Shown here piece after piece: positions 40,848 through 50,746 of a stretch of DNA of 64,000 nucleotides; position 1 is the stretch's first letter, and the number at the start of each line of letters is the position of its first letter. This DNA comes from Candidatus Omnitrophota bacterium. Its GTDB lineage: Bacteria; Omnitrophota; Gorgyraeia; Gygaellales; Profunditerraquicolaceae. A program made the translations under genes and the position numbers. Under the pieces are notes generated by a model. It had not been told where the DNA came from. It saw only the letters and a list, made by a program, of their open reading frames with translations, and ran no database searches. The DNA lies in NCBI GenBank assembly GCA_023247825.1, contig JAHFFR010000001.1:23009-87008 (forward strand). Direction: 5' to 3'.

Positions 40848-41831
40848 TTATTTAAAATAATTCTTTTTCTCCAAGTATTCCTTTTGATTATTCATAAACC
40901 ATTCCCAAGTTTCTTTCAATCCGTCTAACAAACTTGTAGAAGGATCATACCCTATTGATTCCCTTGCCTTAGAAATATCCATAACTCTTTTAGGAAAACC
41001 TGAAGGCTTCGATGTATCAAACACATAATTGAAATCTAAAAATTCTCTTAAAGTTTCAACAAGCTCTTTTATTGAATATCCAATTCCACTCCCCAGATTA
41101 ACAAAACCACTTCCTGTACCATAATATAAAGCTAAAATTACTCCTTCCGCAACATCTCTGCTGTACGCAAAATCACGTATAGCCAAACCATCCCCCCAAA
41201 CAACCACGGGATCCTCTTTTTTAGCGATTCTATGCATCAAAGTAGGAATAACCATAGCATTATTAGGATCAAAATTATCTCCGGGACCATAAACATTACA
41301 AGGCCTGACAATTGCAAAATTATTTAAACCATACTGTATTTTATAAGCTTGGATTTGAAACTCTGCCATTCTTTTTGCCCATCCCGGAAACAGATCCATA
41401 GGCGACCCAAGTTGATCATCGCTTTCGCAAAAAACTTCAGCGCTGGAATATGCGCCTATAGAGCTGGTATAAACAACTTTCTGGACATTATTTATACGAC
41501 AAGCTTCAAGCACATTAGTATTAAACATTATAAGTGGGACAAAAAAACTAGCAGGTTTTTTCTTAGTGACATCAATAGAGCCTTTTATTCCAGCTATATG
41601 AAAAACGAAATCCATATCTTTTGTAAGCTGTTTGCACAAAATAAAATCTGTTAAATCCCCTAAAACATGTTCAACCCTATTATCAACTTTTATCTTATCT
41701 AGTGAAACAACCTTTACGTTGGCTCCGGTATCGCATAGAATCTTAACAACCTGCCTGCCAATAAGGCCAGTGCCACCCGTAACCAATACATTCTTCTTAT
41801 TAAAACTTTTCAAAATACCTGTTTTAATCAT
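40848..41831 (-). CDS. Fcl-like extended SDR with atypical catalytic motif
   Basis: GGTGLIG, RPCNVYGPGDNF, VWGDG..IRDF; PGWAK in place of YxxxK. Confidence 0.82.
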   Translation of the reverse strand: MIKTGILKSFNKKNVLVTGGTGLIGRQVVKILCDTGANVKVVSLDKIKVDNRVEHVLGDLTDFILCKQLTKDMDFVFHIAGIKGSIDVTKKKPASFFVPLIMFNTNVLEACRINNVQKVVYTSSIGAYSSAEVFCESDDQLGSPMDLFPGWAKRMAEFQIQAYKIQYGLNNFAIVRPCNVYGPGDNFDPNNAMVIPTLMHRIAKKEDPVVVWGDGLAIRDFAYSRDVAEGVILALYYGTGSGFVNLGSGIGYSIKELVETLREFLDFNYVFDTSKPSGFPKRVMDISKARESIGYDPSTSLLDGLKETWEWFMNNQKEYLEKKNYFK

Positions 41832-41834
41832 TTA

Positions 41835-42617
41835 TTAGAAACTTCTTCCTTCGGAACCGTCTACTGCTATAGAAGCACCGTTAATTAAACTTGCCTGCTC
41901 TGAACAGATAAAAACAACTACATTTGCCACCTCTTCCGGATTCCCCAACCTTCCTAAAGGAAATTTCTCATCCAGCATAGCCTTAAATACAGCAGGATCT
42001 TTTTTCTGCTCCTCTCGCCATCCCGTATTAGGAATCATAATGCTACCCGGAGCAATACTATTAAAAGTTACCCCATCCCTAACTATTTCCTTCTTCAATG
42101 AAAGGTTTTTTATCAGGACTGTTTGCGCGGTCTTGGCGATATTAAACCACGGTCTGCCACCGGCTTCTCTGCCATATAAAGAGGTAATATTGATAATCCT
42201 GCCCCACTTCTGTTTACGCATATACGGAATAGCCAGCTTGATGAACCGGAGAGAGCTCATAACATTCTTATTATAAACCTCCTGCCACACCCTTTCATCT
42301 GTATCTATAATATCTTCCTGCCCCCATCTACCTCCTCCGCCCACGTTATTTATCAGAATATGCAAGGTGCCCCATTTCTTAATGATCTTATTAAATACCC
42401 GGTTAATATCTTCCCTGATTGTGACATCCGCCTGGATAGCCAGACAATCAACGCCCTTGGCTTTTAACTGTTTCTGTGTCTCTTGGATACGGGAAGGCGT
42501 CCGTGAGCATACCGCGACATTGCATCCTTCATTCGCTAAAGTAAGTGCAATTGCCCTGCCAATCCCATGAGTGCCTCCGGTAACTAACGCATATTTGTTC
42601 TTTATCCCTAAGTCCAT
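41835..42617 (-). CDS. Classical SDR, paralogue of 11902..12678, catalytic Tyr replaced by Phe
   Basis: Start MDLGIK at 42617 (TAATG overlap); TGGTHGIG, NNVG, WFNIAK. Confidence 0.85.
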   Translation of the reverse strand: MDLGIKNKYALVTGGTHGIGRAIALTLANEGCNVAVCSRTPSRIQETQKQLKAKGVDCLAIQADVTIREDINRVFNKIIKKWGTLHILINNVGGGGRWGQEDIIDTDERVWQEVYNKNVMSSLRFIKLAIPYMRKQKWGRIINITSLYGREAGGRPWFNIAKTAQTVLIKNLSLKKEIVRDGVTFNSIAPGSIMIPNTGWREEQKKDPAVFKAMLDEKFPLGRLGNPEEVANVVVFICSEQASLINGASIAVDGSEGRSF

Positions 42618-43552
42618 TATTTTATTGGCCTCCATATAATAAGGTTATACCCTTCCATAAACAAGCTTCCGAAGAATAACCGTTTTACTTTCAAAATCTT
42701 GGTTTTCCCTTCTTTTTCCAGCTCCTGTAGTCTCGGCAAAAAACCTTGAGTATATCCCCGTTTTTTATGGAATTCTATAGCAAGATAGTCAACTAAATTA
42801 TCCTTTTCGTATAATTCAACTGTAGGCTCGACATGTACACACAATTCGGGGCTATTATCTAAAAGATACTGCAAAAAATTCTCAAATTTACTTGCTAATT
42901 GCTCAATTGAGCCAATCGTAAAGATCAAACTGTTCTCTTTGAGCCGAAAGCTTTGATCGGGATTGATCATATCAAAAATAGCACCCTTTAATTTTATATT
43001 ATACGCCTTAGCTATCGCATTAACTAAATCTACTGATGATTTTACAAAATCTGTGCCGTATAAATTTTTGTCCGGATACAGCTGAGAAAGAGCAACGAGA
43101 TTAAAACCCGTACCGCAGCCGAATTCATAAATATTGCTGAATTCTTTAAAATATCTGGCGAAAAGCCATTTTCTGAACACCAAATAATAATCCAGTTCAA
43201 AATTAGGATTGGCCGAACAGATGTAATTTTGTTTATAGCGGATTATTTTATTGGGCCGGATAAACTTAGGCACTAATTTTTGCAGATCATAATTACTATT
43301 AATAAAATCCTGCAAATTCTCGTTCCAGCCATTACTCCAGATGTCCTGACGCTCTTTAGCACCGATAATCTGCCTGTCGCTTTCCAACTTCTTTAAAACT
43401 TCCAGTATGACCTCGTCTCTCTTGCTGCCTTCCAAAATCTCATAAGTAAAATCTTTTCGGGTAATCAAATCAATGCATTCCTGCGATATACTGTTTTCAT
43501 CAGCACCGAATGATTCAATAAAATCATGAAGAGTAACCTTCGGCATTTTCAT
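42617..43552 (-). CDS. SAM-dependent methyltransferase-like protein, paralogue of 49805..50740
   Basis: Start at ATG 43552 with GGAG Shine-Dalgarno; NIYEFGCGTGFNLV motif I. Confidence 0.78.
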   Translation of the reverse strand: MKMPKVTLHDFIESFGADENSISQECIDLITRKDFTYEILEGSKRDEVILEVLKKLESDRQIIGAKERQDIWSNGWNENLQDFINSNYDLQKLVPKFIRPNKIIRYKQNYICSANPNFELDYYLVFRKWLFARYFKEFSNIYEFGCGTGFNLVALSQLYPDKNLYGTDFVKSSVDLVNAIAKAYNIKLKGAIFDMINPDQSFRLKENSLIFTIGSIEQLASKFENFLQYLLDNSPELCVHVEPTVELYEKDNLVDYLAIEFHKKRGYTQGFLPRLQELEKEGKTKILKVKRLFFGSLFMEGYNLIIWRPIK

Positions 43553-43574
43553 TGCTCCGTCTTTTTTATTAAAA

Positions 43575-44615
43575 TTAAAATGGTCCCTTAAATTTCTTCT
43601 CATGGCTATAAAACTCTATGCCATCAAAACTCATCGGCTTTAATTTAAGCATATCCTCAACTTCTCTTATTATATTTTTTGCGTTAGGAAAAAATTCGTT
43701 CTCTAAATGCCTGGCAGTGGGACACGGTGTATGCGCGAAACCTATTCTTCTTACCGGGCTTTTGAGCTTTCCAAAGCACCTTGATGATACGCGCGCCGCT
43801 ACTTCAGCGCTAAAACCACAAAACAACCAATCATTATCAACAATAATACATCTACCCGTCTTCTCAACTGACGCCACAATACTTTCTTCATCTAAAGGGA
43901 CTATTGTTCTTGGATCAATTATTTCAACGTTAACACCTTCCTTCATTAGTAGCTCTGCCGCAAAAACCGCCTCTACGTTCATCCATGAAGTCGCGACTAT
44001 GGTAATGTCCCTGCCTTTACGTAAAATATTTGCCTTACCAAACGGCAAAGCATAAGAGGACTTAGGAACTCCTCCCTTTTGCCAATATAACCAGCGGTGT
44101 TCAATAAAAATTACAGGATTATCATCCCGAATCGCGGAGATAAGAAGCCCTTTAGCATCATAAGCCATCGTGGGTATAACAACTTTAATGCCTGGGATAT
44201 GAGCAAATACTGAATACATGCTTTTACTATGTTGAAAACCCTGTCCCCAGCCGCGACCTATAATTCCCCTTATCACCATAGGCACTTTAAGCTTTCCGCA
44301 AGATGAATAATTACTACATGAAAGCATATTAGCGATTTGGTTAAACGCTAAAAGCATAAAATCAATCCTAATATGGATATGTATCGGGCGCATGCCATTT
44401 AATGCTGCTCCTAAACCAAATCCGGTCATAGCATCTTCGGATAAAGGCGTGTCAAAACACCTCGTTTTGCCAAAACGCTTTACGAGCCCGGCAGTAGAAC
44501 CAAATATTGCCTTATGGTCAGGAACACCTATCCCATACACAAAAACTTTACCATCCCTTTCCATCTCCTGAATCATGGCCTCACGCAATGCTTCGCAATA
44601 TGTAATCTGTCTCAT
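43575..44615 (-). CDS. ThDP-dependent E1 beta-like subunit, copy 2
   Basis: DTPLSED, GRGWGQGFQHS, DDNPVIFIEHRWLY, C-terminal KGPF. Confidence 0.92.
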   Translation of the reverse strand: MRQITYCEALREAMIQEMERDGKVFVYGIGVPDHKAIFGSTAGLVKRFGKTRCFDTPLSEDAMTGFGLGAALNGMRPIHIHIRIDFMLLAFNQIANMLSCSNYSSCGKLKVPMVIRGIIGRGWGQGFQHSKSMYSVFAHIPGIKVVIPTMAYDAKGLLISAIRDDNPVIFIEHRWLYWQKGGVPKSSYALPFGKANILRKGRDITIVATSWMNVEAVFAAELLMKEGVNVEIIDPRTIVPLDEESIVASVEKTGRCIIVDNDWLFCGFSAEVAARVSSRCFGKLKSPVRRIGFAHTPCPTARHLENEFFPNAKNIIREVEDMLKLKPMSFDGIEFYSHEKKFKGPF

Positions 44616-45571
44616 TGAAAAACTCCCTTATGCAATTCATCCGTACTGCTTAACTTAGCATTTTTTACGTTCTTTATAGTAAACACAACTTCATTCAATA
44701 TCTCTTTTTCTATTTTTTTAATCTCACCGTTAACATACCCGGATTTCATAAGTCTGATCCGCTGAAGACTGACAGGGTCTCTTTTAAGCCACTTTTTGAA
44801 TTCATCTTTCTTCCTGTATCCTGCATCAAAATCATAATTAATCCCCACATGTTCGAGATAACGGTAATATTTAAAATTCATGAAATATGGCTCTGGCTTT
44901 TTGCGCAGCACATCTATGGCCTTAGAAGTAAGATTATAAATTTCCTCCGCATCAGTAGAATCAATTTCAAGAGTCTGGCAACGGAATTTCTTAACGATTT
45001 CCGTTATAGAATTATATCCACGGCGCTCTTTTATATGACTATGAACAGCAAGCTCGTTGTCTTCACACACAAAAATTACCGGCAGCTGCATTAAACTGGC
45101 GATGTTTAAACTCTCCCAAAAAACACCCTCATCCACAGCGCCATCTCCAAAAAACGCAACAACAATTTTTCTGTTTTTATTTATCTTGTTTGCCCACGCA
45201 CACCCTACTGCGACAGGAATATGTGCAGAAACTATCGCTGATGTCCCCATAAATCCCTTTTTAGGCAGACATAAATGCATTGAACCACCTTTTCCTTTTA
45301 AGGAAGACGTCTCTTTTGCGTACATTTCAGCAAAAAATTCGTTTACATCGCCTGTTTTGGCAAGAAAAATAGAATGAGTCCGATATGTAGTAAATATCTG
45401 ATCGCTTTCGGTCAAAGCATGACAAACCCCGGCTGCAATAGCTTCATTCCCCATAGACATATGCATAGGAGTCTTCATCTCATCCTCATGATAATATTTC
45501 TGTATCTGTTTCTCTGCGCATCGAATCAGATACATCTTTTTATACAATTCTATACTAAGTTTTTTATTCAT
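44612..45571 (-). CDS. ThDP-dependent E1 alpha-like subunit, copy 2
   Basis: GKGGSMH, FFGDGAVDEG...CEDN. Confidence 0.92.
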   Translation of the reverse strand: MNKKLSIELYKKMYLIRCAEKQIQKYYHEDEMKTPMHMSMGNEAIAAGVCHALTESDQIFTTYRTHSIFLAKTGDVNEFFAEMYAKETSSLKGKGGSMHLCLPKKGFMGTSAIVSAHIPVAVGCAWANKINKNRKIVVAFFGDGAVDEGVFWESLNIASLMQLPVIFVCEDNELAVHSHIKERRGYNSITEIVKKFRCQTLEIDSTDAEEIYNLTSKAIDVLRKKPEPYFMNFKYYRYLEHVGINYDFDAGYRKKDEFKKWLKRDPVSLQRIRLMKSGYVNGEIKKIEKEILNEVVFTIKNVKNAKLSSTDELHKGVFQ

Positions 45572-45578
45572 TTGTCCT

Positions 45579-46165
45579 CTATTTCTCTACGGTTAATGCT
45601 TTCCAAGGGGAACGCTTGAGTTCAAATCTCCAATAATTTAAAACATCCTCTAAAGTCTGCTCCAAAGGAATAACTGGTTCCCACCCTGTTTCATTACGAA
45701 ACTTATCTATACACGGTATCTGTAAGGTTACGTCAGACGGCCGGAAGAGCTCAGGATCGACTTTTATCTCCGGCTTGACTTCGGAAAAAGAAATCAAAAT
45801 ATCCAGGGCCTCGCCGATAGTCATCGTCCGATTACCGCCGATATTATAGACTTCGCCCGGTTTACATTTACTGATCATAATCCAATACGCTTTCACTGCA
45901 TCAGGCACATCACAAAAGGTCCTCACGGATTTAAGATTTCCAACCCTGACAATCGGTTTACTTAGTTTCAATTCCGCGGCAGCAATCTGCTTTGCGAAAA
46001 ACATACTGCAAAAACATCTCCTCTCCTAGGTCCGGTATGAGTAAACATTCTAGTACGAATAGTCTTAATCCCATGCGACAACCAATATTGATATGTTACC
46101 ATATCTTCTCCAACCTTACTTACCGCATAAGGCGATACCGGCCTTAAGGGACAGTTTTCTCTAAT
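45579..46165 (-). pseudogene. 5'-truncated, frameshifted paralogue of the DmhA/WcbK-like dehydratase
   Basis: Manual reading from 46165: IRENCPLRPVSPYAVSK...RMFTHTGPRRGDVFA, then a 1-bp deletion near 46003, then FAKQIA...; the Rossmann half is missing. Confidence 0.88.
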
Positions 46166-46310
46166 GGGACTATTGCGAAATACCTCTTTTTGTCATTCTG
46201 AGCACATTCGTTTCGCTCAGTGTAAACTCCGCGAAGAATCTATTTATCGTCGAGATTCTTCGGCCTTCGGCCTCAGAATGACGTAAAATTGGGAGTTTCG
46301 CAACAGCCCC
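46166..46310. mobile_element. 145-bp MITE-like element with 15-bp imperfect terminal inverted repeats and an internal REP/RPE-like palindrome
   Basis: GGGACTATTGCGAAA ... TTTCGCAACAGCCCC (13/15 match); internal GTCATTCTGAG...GAAGAATCT...AGATTCTTC...CTCAGAATGAC. Confidence 0.7.
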
Positions 46311-46311
46311 C

Positions 46312-47646
46312 TCATGACACTTTCCACAATATCTTGTCTATTATCAATTTCAAACATGGCTTTAAACTTTCTTTTAAACGCTCTCCAAGTCTTTTAGGAA
46401 GAATCGGCCTTGCGGCTTTAAAACAAACATATGAGCATTTAAATAATAGCCAACGCCAATCCGTTATTCGCTGATACCAGAGATAGAAACAATACGATAA
46501 TTTATGAGAAAGAAACCAATCAGTGATTTTTAGCGATAACGCCTGAAAAAAAGGCAAGCTTCTCAGCCGCGGCCATGGGAACTCAATCGTTTTCCTTCCC
46601 CAGTTAGCTAAGATCGATTGATCATCTGCTTGATCCAACTGATAAGGATAATCTCTTTTAAAGAGCTTGCCAGGTGTTGCGGATGAAATTAATTCTTCTG
46701 TTTTATCCAAAACAATCTTCCAGAAACGGCGGGCCGAATAATACTGTTTTGTTTTGACATAACCATTATGAGCTATCCTGACCCTTTCGGCCTCGTTTTT
46801 CAGGTAATACCTGGCTTTTTTCAATAGGTCCGCATTTGAAAAATAAGGAACATAGTCAACATTAGGGATGAATAATTTGGCAGTTTCCGGAGCTGCTTCC
46901 TCCAGAAGCATAGCCCCGCAATTCGTAACTTCAAATGCCCGGGCATTAGTGACCGGAATATAACCGGGGCAGGAAAAACTCAAAACAATTTTAGAGCGCT
47001 GAAAAATTTCTGCAAATTCAGCAATAGGCAGGTGCTCTTCGTGTTCGCCTCCGGCACGATAAACTTTTAAACCATGTTTTTCAAGATACTTTATCCTCCG
47101 CAATCTAGCCAGTTTTGTCGAGCCGGGATAGCTAAGGTCAATATCTCTTTCTCTGCCAGGATCATAAAAATATTCGGGATTCTTCGGAACCCAAAAATAA
47201 GAAAATTTCTGCGGATCTTTCATACGCCGAAAAACTACGCTGGTAGCGGTAAACATATTGAAATCGATAAATGGCTGGAATACGTCCGATATTTTTACCA
47301 GTATTTCACATTCGAAATCCCCCCAAATAGCGAAGAACGGAATCGAAAAACGCTTTTTTATTGTTTCTAATGTCTTAAGGGACGGAGTATTAACAGCATC
47401 AGGAAAATTATAGATCACCAGACAGATTAGTTGAGGCCGGAATTCGGCTATTTTACTCAAAAGGGCCTCATCGCCTTTAGTCCCGGTTGTCCGGTAATAT
47501 TCGTCAAAATGGAAGACTTCCACTTCGGCCAAATTGACGGCTTGGAGAGACTGCCATAAATTGCCCTCCCAGGCCGATAGGCCCCAATCAATATTGCCGG
47601 AACACCACTTGTCCGCAACGAATAGTATCCTGGGTTTATTTATCAT
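46312..47646 (-). CDS. CgeB/Glyco_trans_1_2-like glycosyltransferase, tandem paralogue B
   Basis: IFQRSKIVL, ARAFEVTNCGAMLL, RVRIAHNG. Confidence 0.78.
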   Translation of the reverse strand: MINKPRILFVADKWCSGNIDWGLSAWEGNLWQSLQAVNLAEVEVFHFDEYYRTTGTKGDEALLSKIAEFRPQLICLVIYNFPDAVNTPSLKTLETIKKRFSIPFFAIWGDFECEILVKISDVFQPFIDFNMFTATSVVFRRMKDPQKFSYFWVPKNPEYFYDPGRERDIDLSYPGSTKLARLRRIKYLEKHGLKVYRAGGEHEEHLPIAEFAEIFQRSKIVLSFSCPGYIPVTNARAFEVTNCGAMLLEEAAPETAKLFIPNVDYVPYFSNADLLKKARYYLKNEAERVRIAHNGYVKTKQYYSARRFWKIVLDKTEELISSATPGKLFKRDYPYQLDQADDQSILANWGRKTIEFPWPRLRSLPFFQALSLKITDWFLSHKLSYCFYLWYQRITDWRWLLFKCSYVCFKAARPILPKRLGERLKESLKPCLKLIIDKILWKVS

Positions 47647-47647
47647 G

Positions 47648-49036
47648 TTAATTTATCTTCTCTTTTTTGTCGCTATTTACAATCCAGGAACTCAATCCAC
47701 AACCCTTGTATTCGCATGCCAGCCATTTTACCATAAATGCGGCGCATGGTTTTAAATATTCTTTTAAGCTATCCCCCAGCCCCTTGGGTAGAATATACCT
47801 TATGGCTTTAAAGAACCCGTATGAGCAGTTGAACATAAACCGGCGCCAATCCTTTATTCGCTGATAACGAAGATAGAAAAAATACAATAATTCATAAGAA
47901 CAGAACCAGTCGGTAACTTTCAGCACCACCGCCTGAACACGTGATAACTTTCTTAGACGAAACCAGGGAAGATCGATAGTTTTTCTTCCCCAGTTAGCCA
48001 GGATCAATTGGTCATCGGCCTGATCCAGCTGATAAGGTTGGCCCCTATCGTAAATTACATCGTCCGATCTGCCCGAAATAACTTCGTCAGTTTTAGCTAA
48101 AATTATTTTCCAAAAACGATAAGCTGAATAATATTGCTGTGTTTTTAGCTTACCTGAATTTGCTATTTTCACTCTTTCGGTTTCATTTTGTAAATAATGC
48201 AGGGCTTTATTTAACATATCTTTATTCGAAAAATAAGGCGCGTAATCCACATAGGGTATGAATAATTTTGCGGTTTCGGGGTTAGTTTCGTCCAGAAGCA
48301 TGGCCCCGCAATTCATAACTTCAAATGTTCGCGCGCAGATAATCTGCGTATAGCCGCTTTGGGAAAAACCAATAATAATTTTAGCACGCTGAAAAATCTC
48401 GGCAAATTCCGCAAGCGGTAAATTCCCTTGACGTTCGCCTCCGGCACAATAAACTTTTAAACCATGTTTTTCCAGATATTTTATTCTTCGTAATCTGTGC
48501 GGGTTCATGCCTCCGGCAAAGCCTATATCTATATCTCTTGAACGTCCGGGATCATAAAAATACTTGGGATTTTTCGGCACCCAGAAATAAGAGAACTTTT
48601 TCGGATTTTTCCAACGCCTAAAAGGCGCGTTCGTGGCGGTAAAGGCATTGAAATCAATGAAAGGCCCAACTATATCTGATACACTCATCAGGCTTTCCGA
48701 TTGTGGATCCCCCCAGATGGCAAAGAGCGGAATGGAAAAACGTTTTTTTATCATTTCCAGCGTTTGCAGGGATGGCATATCAATAGTACCGAGAAAATTA
48801 TTAGCCACCAGGCAAATCGCGCTAGGCTGAAATTCTGCTATTTTCTCTAAAACGGCCTCATCGCCCCTGATTCCATTTACGCGATAATACTCGTCAAAGT
48901 GAAAGACTTCCACTTCAGCCAAATTGACAGCTTGAAGAGACTGCCATAAATTGCCCTCCCAGGCCGAGAGGCCCCATTCAATGCGGCCGGAACACCACTT
49001 GTCGGCAATAAATAAGATTCTGGGCTTGTTAATCAT
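47648..49036 (-). CDS. CgeB/Glyco_trans_1_2-like glycosyltransferase, tandem paralogue A
   Basis: IFQRAKII, ARTFEVMNCGAMLL, ERVKIANSG. Confidence 0.78.
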   Translation of the reverse strand: MINKPRILFIADKWCSGRIEWGLSAWEGNLWQSLQAVNLAEVEVFHFDEYYRVNGIRGDEAVLEKIAEFQPSAICLVANNFLGTIDMPSLQTLEMIKKRFSIPLFAIWGDPQSESLMSVSDIVGPFIDFNAFTATNAPFRRWKNPKKFSYFWVPKNPKYFYDPGRSRDIDIGFAGGMNPHRLRRIKYLEKHGLKVYCAGGERQGNLPLAEFAEIFQRAKIIIGFSQSGYTQIICARTFEVMNCGAMLLDETNPETAKLFIPYVDYAPYFSNKDMLNKALHYLQNETERVKIANSGKLKTQQYYSAYRFWKIILAKTDEVISGRSDDVIYDRGQPYQLDQADDQLILANWGRKTIDLPWFRLRKLSRVQAVVLKVTDWFCSYELLYFFYLRYQRIKDWRRFMFNCSYGFFKAIRYILPKGLGDSLKEYLKPCAAFMVKWLACEYKGCGLSSWIVNSDKKEKIN

Positions 49037-49040
49037 AATA

Positions 49041-49757
49041 TCATCCTTTCTTAATAATCATAGCTTGATCAGAATAATAAAATCTATTGATAACTTTATT
49101 AGCCAGATTAAATCCAGTAATCGCCTTTCCTTGCAATACAATTATTTCTTCCGGCTTGTCTTTTAAAAATTCACTCACCGCCTTTTTAGCTCCCGGCAAA
49201 TATCTGTTATAATAATCGTGAATCAGAATAACTCCGTTTTTCACCATCAGAGGATAAAAGAATTTTAACCCATCAAGCGTCGACTCATAAATATCCGCAT
49301 CCAAATGCACAAAGGAAAACCTGAGTGATTTTTTTCCCAATTCAACAACGCTATCCGGAAATATCCCTTCATAGAAAAAAATATTATCATACTTAGCCAA
49401 ATAATCTTTTACCTCGCTCAAAGACCCACCTCTGATTTCTCCTCTGTTTATTTTATTAATCGAAAACTCATTGGGCGGCAAGCCGGAAAAAGTGTCAAAT
49501 AAATGCAGCGATCGCCTACCCTTAATCTCACAGATCAATTTTGCGCTTCCCCCAGAAAAAACTCCAAGCTCAGCGATATCCCCGGGGAGCATTGCTGTAT
49601 TTTTAACTCTGTAATAAATATTCCACATCTCCCCGAAACCTAATAATATCTTTTTTTCACCCGAGAGCTGTCTGACCAGTCTTTTAAATTTTATTTCAAA
49701 AGCAATGATAAATCTCGCAAAAACTCTCCCCATGTTTATAATGATAATGTTCTTCAT
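49041..49757 (-). CDS. TylF/MycF/NovP-family O-methyltransferase
   Basis: GDIAELGVFSGGS, FDTFSGLP, HLDADIYEST, HDY. Confidence 0.9.
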   Translation of the reverse strand: MKNIIIINMGRVFARFIIAFEIKFKRLVRQLSGEKKILLGFGEMWNIYYRVKNTAMLPGDIAELGVFSGGSAKLICEIKGRRSLHLFDTFSGLPPNEFSINKINRGEIRGGSLSEVKDYLAKYDNIFFYEGIFPDSVVELGKKSLRFSFVHLDADIYESTLDGLKFFYPLMVKNGVILIHDYYNRYLPGAKKAVSEFLKDKPEEIIVLQGKAITGFNLANKVINRFYYSDQAMIIKKG

Positions 49758-49804
49758 CAGCGGCTCCTCATAAAATTATTGGCTTCTAAATAATTTTAAT
49801 ACAT

Positions 49805-50740
49805 TTATGCTATGGGAGTCCAAATAATAACAGAATAGCCTTCAATAAAAAAACTGCCCACGTAATTCCTTTGGGCTTTAATGATTTTTACTTTCCCTTT
49901 TGATTCAAGATCTTTAAGGTAGGTCAAGTAACCGCTAAGGTAGTTTCTTTTCTTAAAATAACGTATTGAAAGATAGTCCAAAAGATTTCCTTGATCCAAT
50001 AATTCTTCTACAGGTTCGGCATGAATACAAATACTCGGCTTATTTTTAAGGAGATAATCTATAAATGAATGATATTTTGATCCTATTTGTTCAAGGGAGG
50101 CAACAGTATATATGGCTGAGCCCTGCTTTAGTTTCAAGCTAAAATCCGGATTAAAATAATCGAATTTTTTGGCGAATAGCTTTTTATCAGAGTTAACAAG
50201 CGCATATTTATTAATCATGTCCTGCGACGACTTAGCCCAATCAAGCCCCCAAAGGTTAGCTTTGGGATTAAACGATCTTAATCTGACTAAATTGTGTCCG
50301 GTTCCACAACCAAATTCATAAATATTTTCATAATCTTTAAGATATTTATCAAACAACCAATCTAGGATAACTCCGAGCATATTATACTCAAAATTCGGGG
50401 AAACAGGCCTGATAAACTTTTGCTTCAATCTGTTTATCTCGTGCTTTCCAAAGTAACGAGGTATCATCGCGTCACTAGCGTTTCCTTTCAATAACTCATC
50501 TAAATTCTGTCTCCATCCTTTTTCCCATTGTTCATACCTATGCTCTCCGGAATACATAAAATCTCCACTTTGCAAAACTGATATGATTTTACTGAAGCAA
50601 CTATCGCGCTCTTCAGGAGTAAGATTCCTGTATCTTAAATTATATTTCTTTATTCGGTTTTTGACGCACGAGCTAAGCGATTCCCCAAACAACGATTCAA
50701 AATCACCTGGAGTTAAAATGTGTTCACGCGACTCCGTCAT
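49805..50740 (-). CDS. SAM-dependent methyltransferase-like protein, paralogue of 42617..43552
   Basis: NIYEFGCGTGHNLV, GLDWA, SLEQ. Confidence 0.78.
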   Translation of the reverse strand: MTESREHILTPGDFESLFGESLSSCVKNRIKKYNLRYRNLTPEERDSCFSKIISVLQSGDFMYSGEHRYEQWEKGWRQNLDELLKGNASDAMIPRYFGKHEINRLKQKFIRPVSPNFEYNMLGVILDWLFDKYLKDYENIYEFGCGTGHNLVRLRSFNPKANLWGLDWAKSSQDMINKYALVNSDKKLFAKKFDYFNPDFSLKLKQGSAIYTVASLEQIGSKYHSFIDYLLKNKPSICIHAEPVEELLDQGNLLDYLSIRYFKKRNYLSGYLTYLKDLESKGKVKIIKAQRNYVGSFFIEGYSVIIWTPIA

Positions 50741-50746
50741 TTTCTA

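Noticed and set aside
15724-45571. E1 alpha/beta pairs as central pyruvate or acetoin dehydrogenase
   Set aside because: No E2/E3 or lipoyl genes nearby; they are embedded among and closely spaced with NDP-sugar genes
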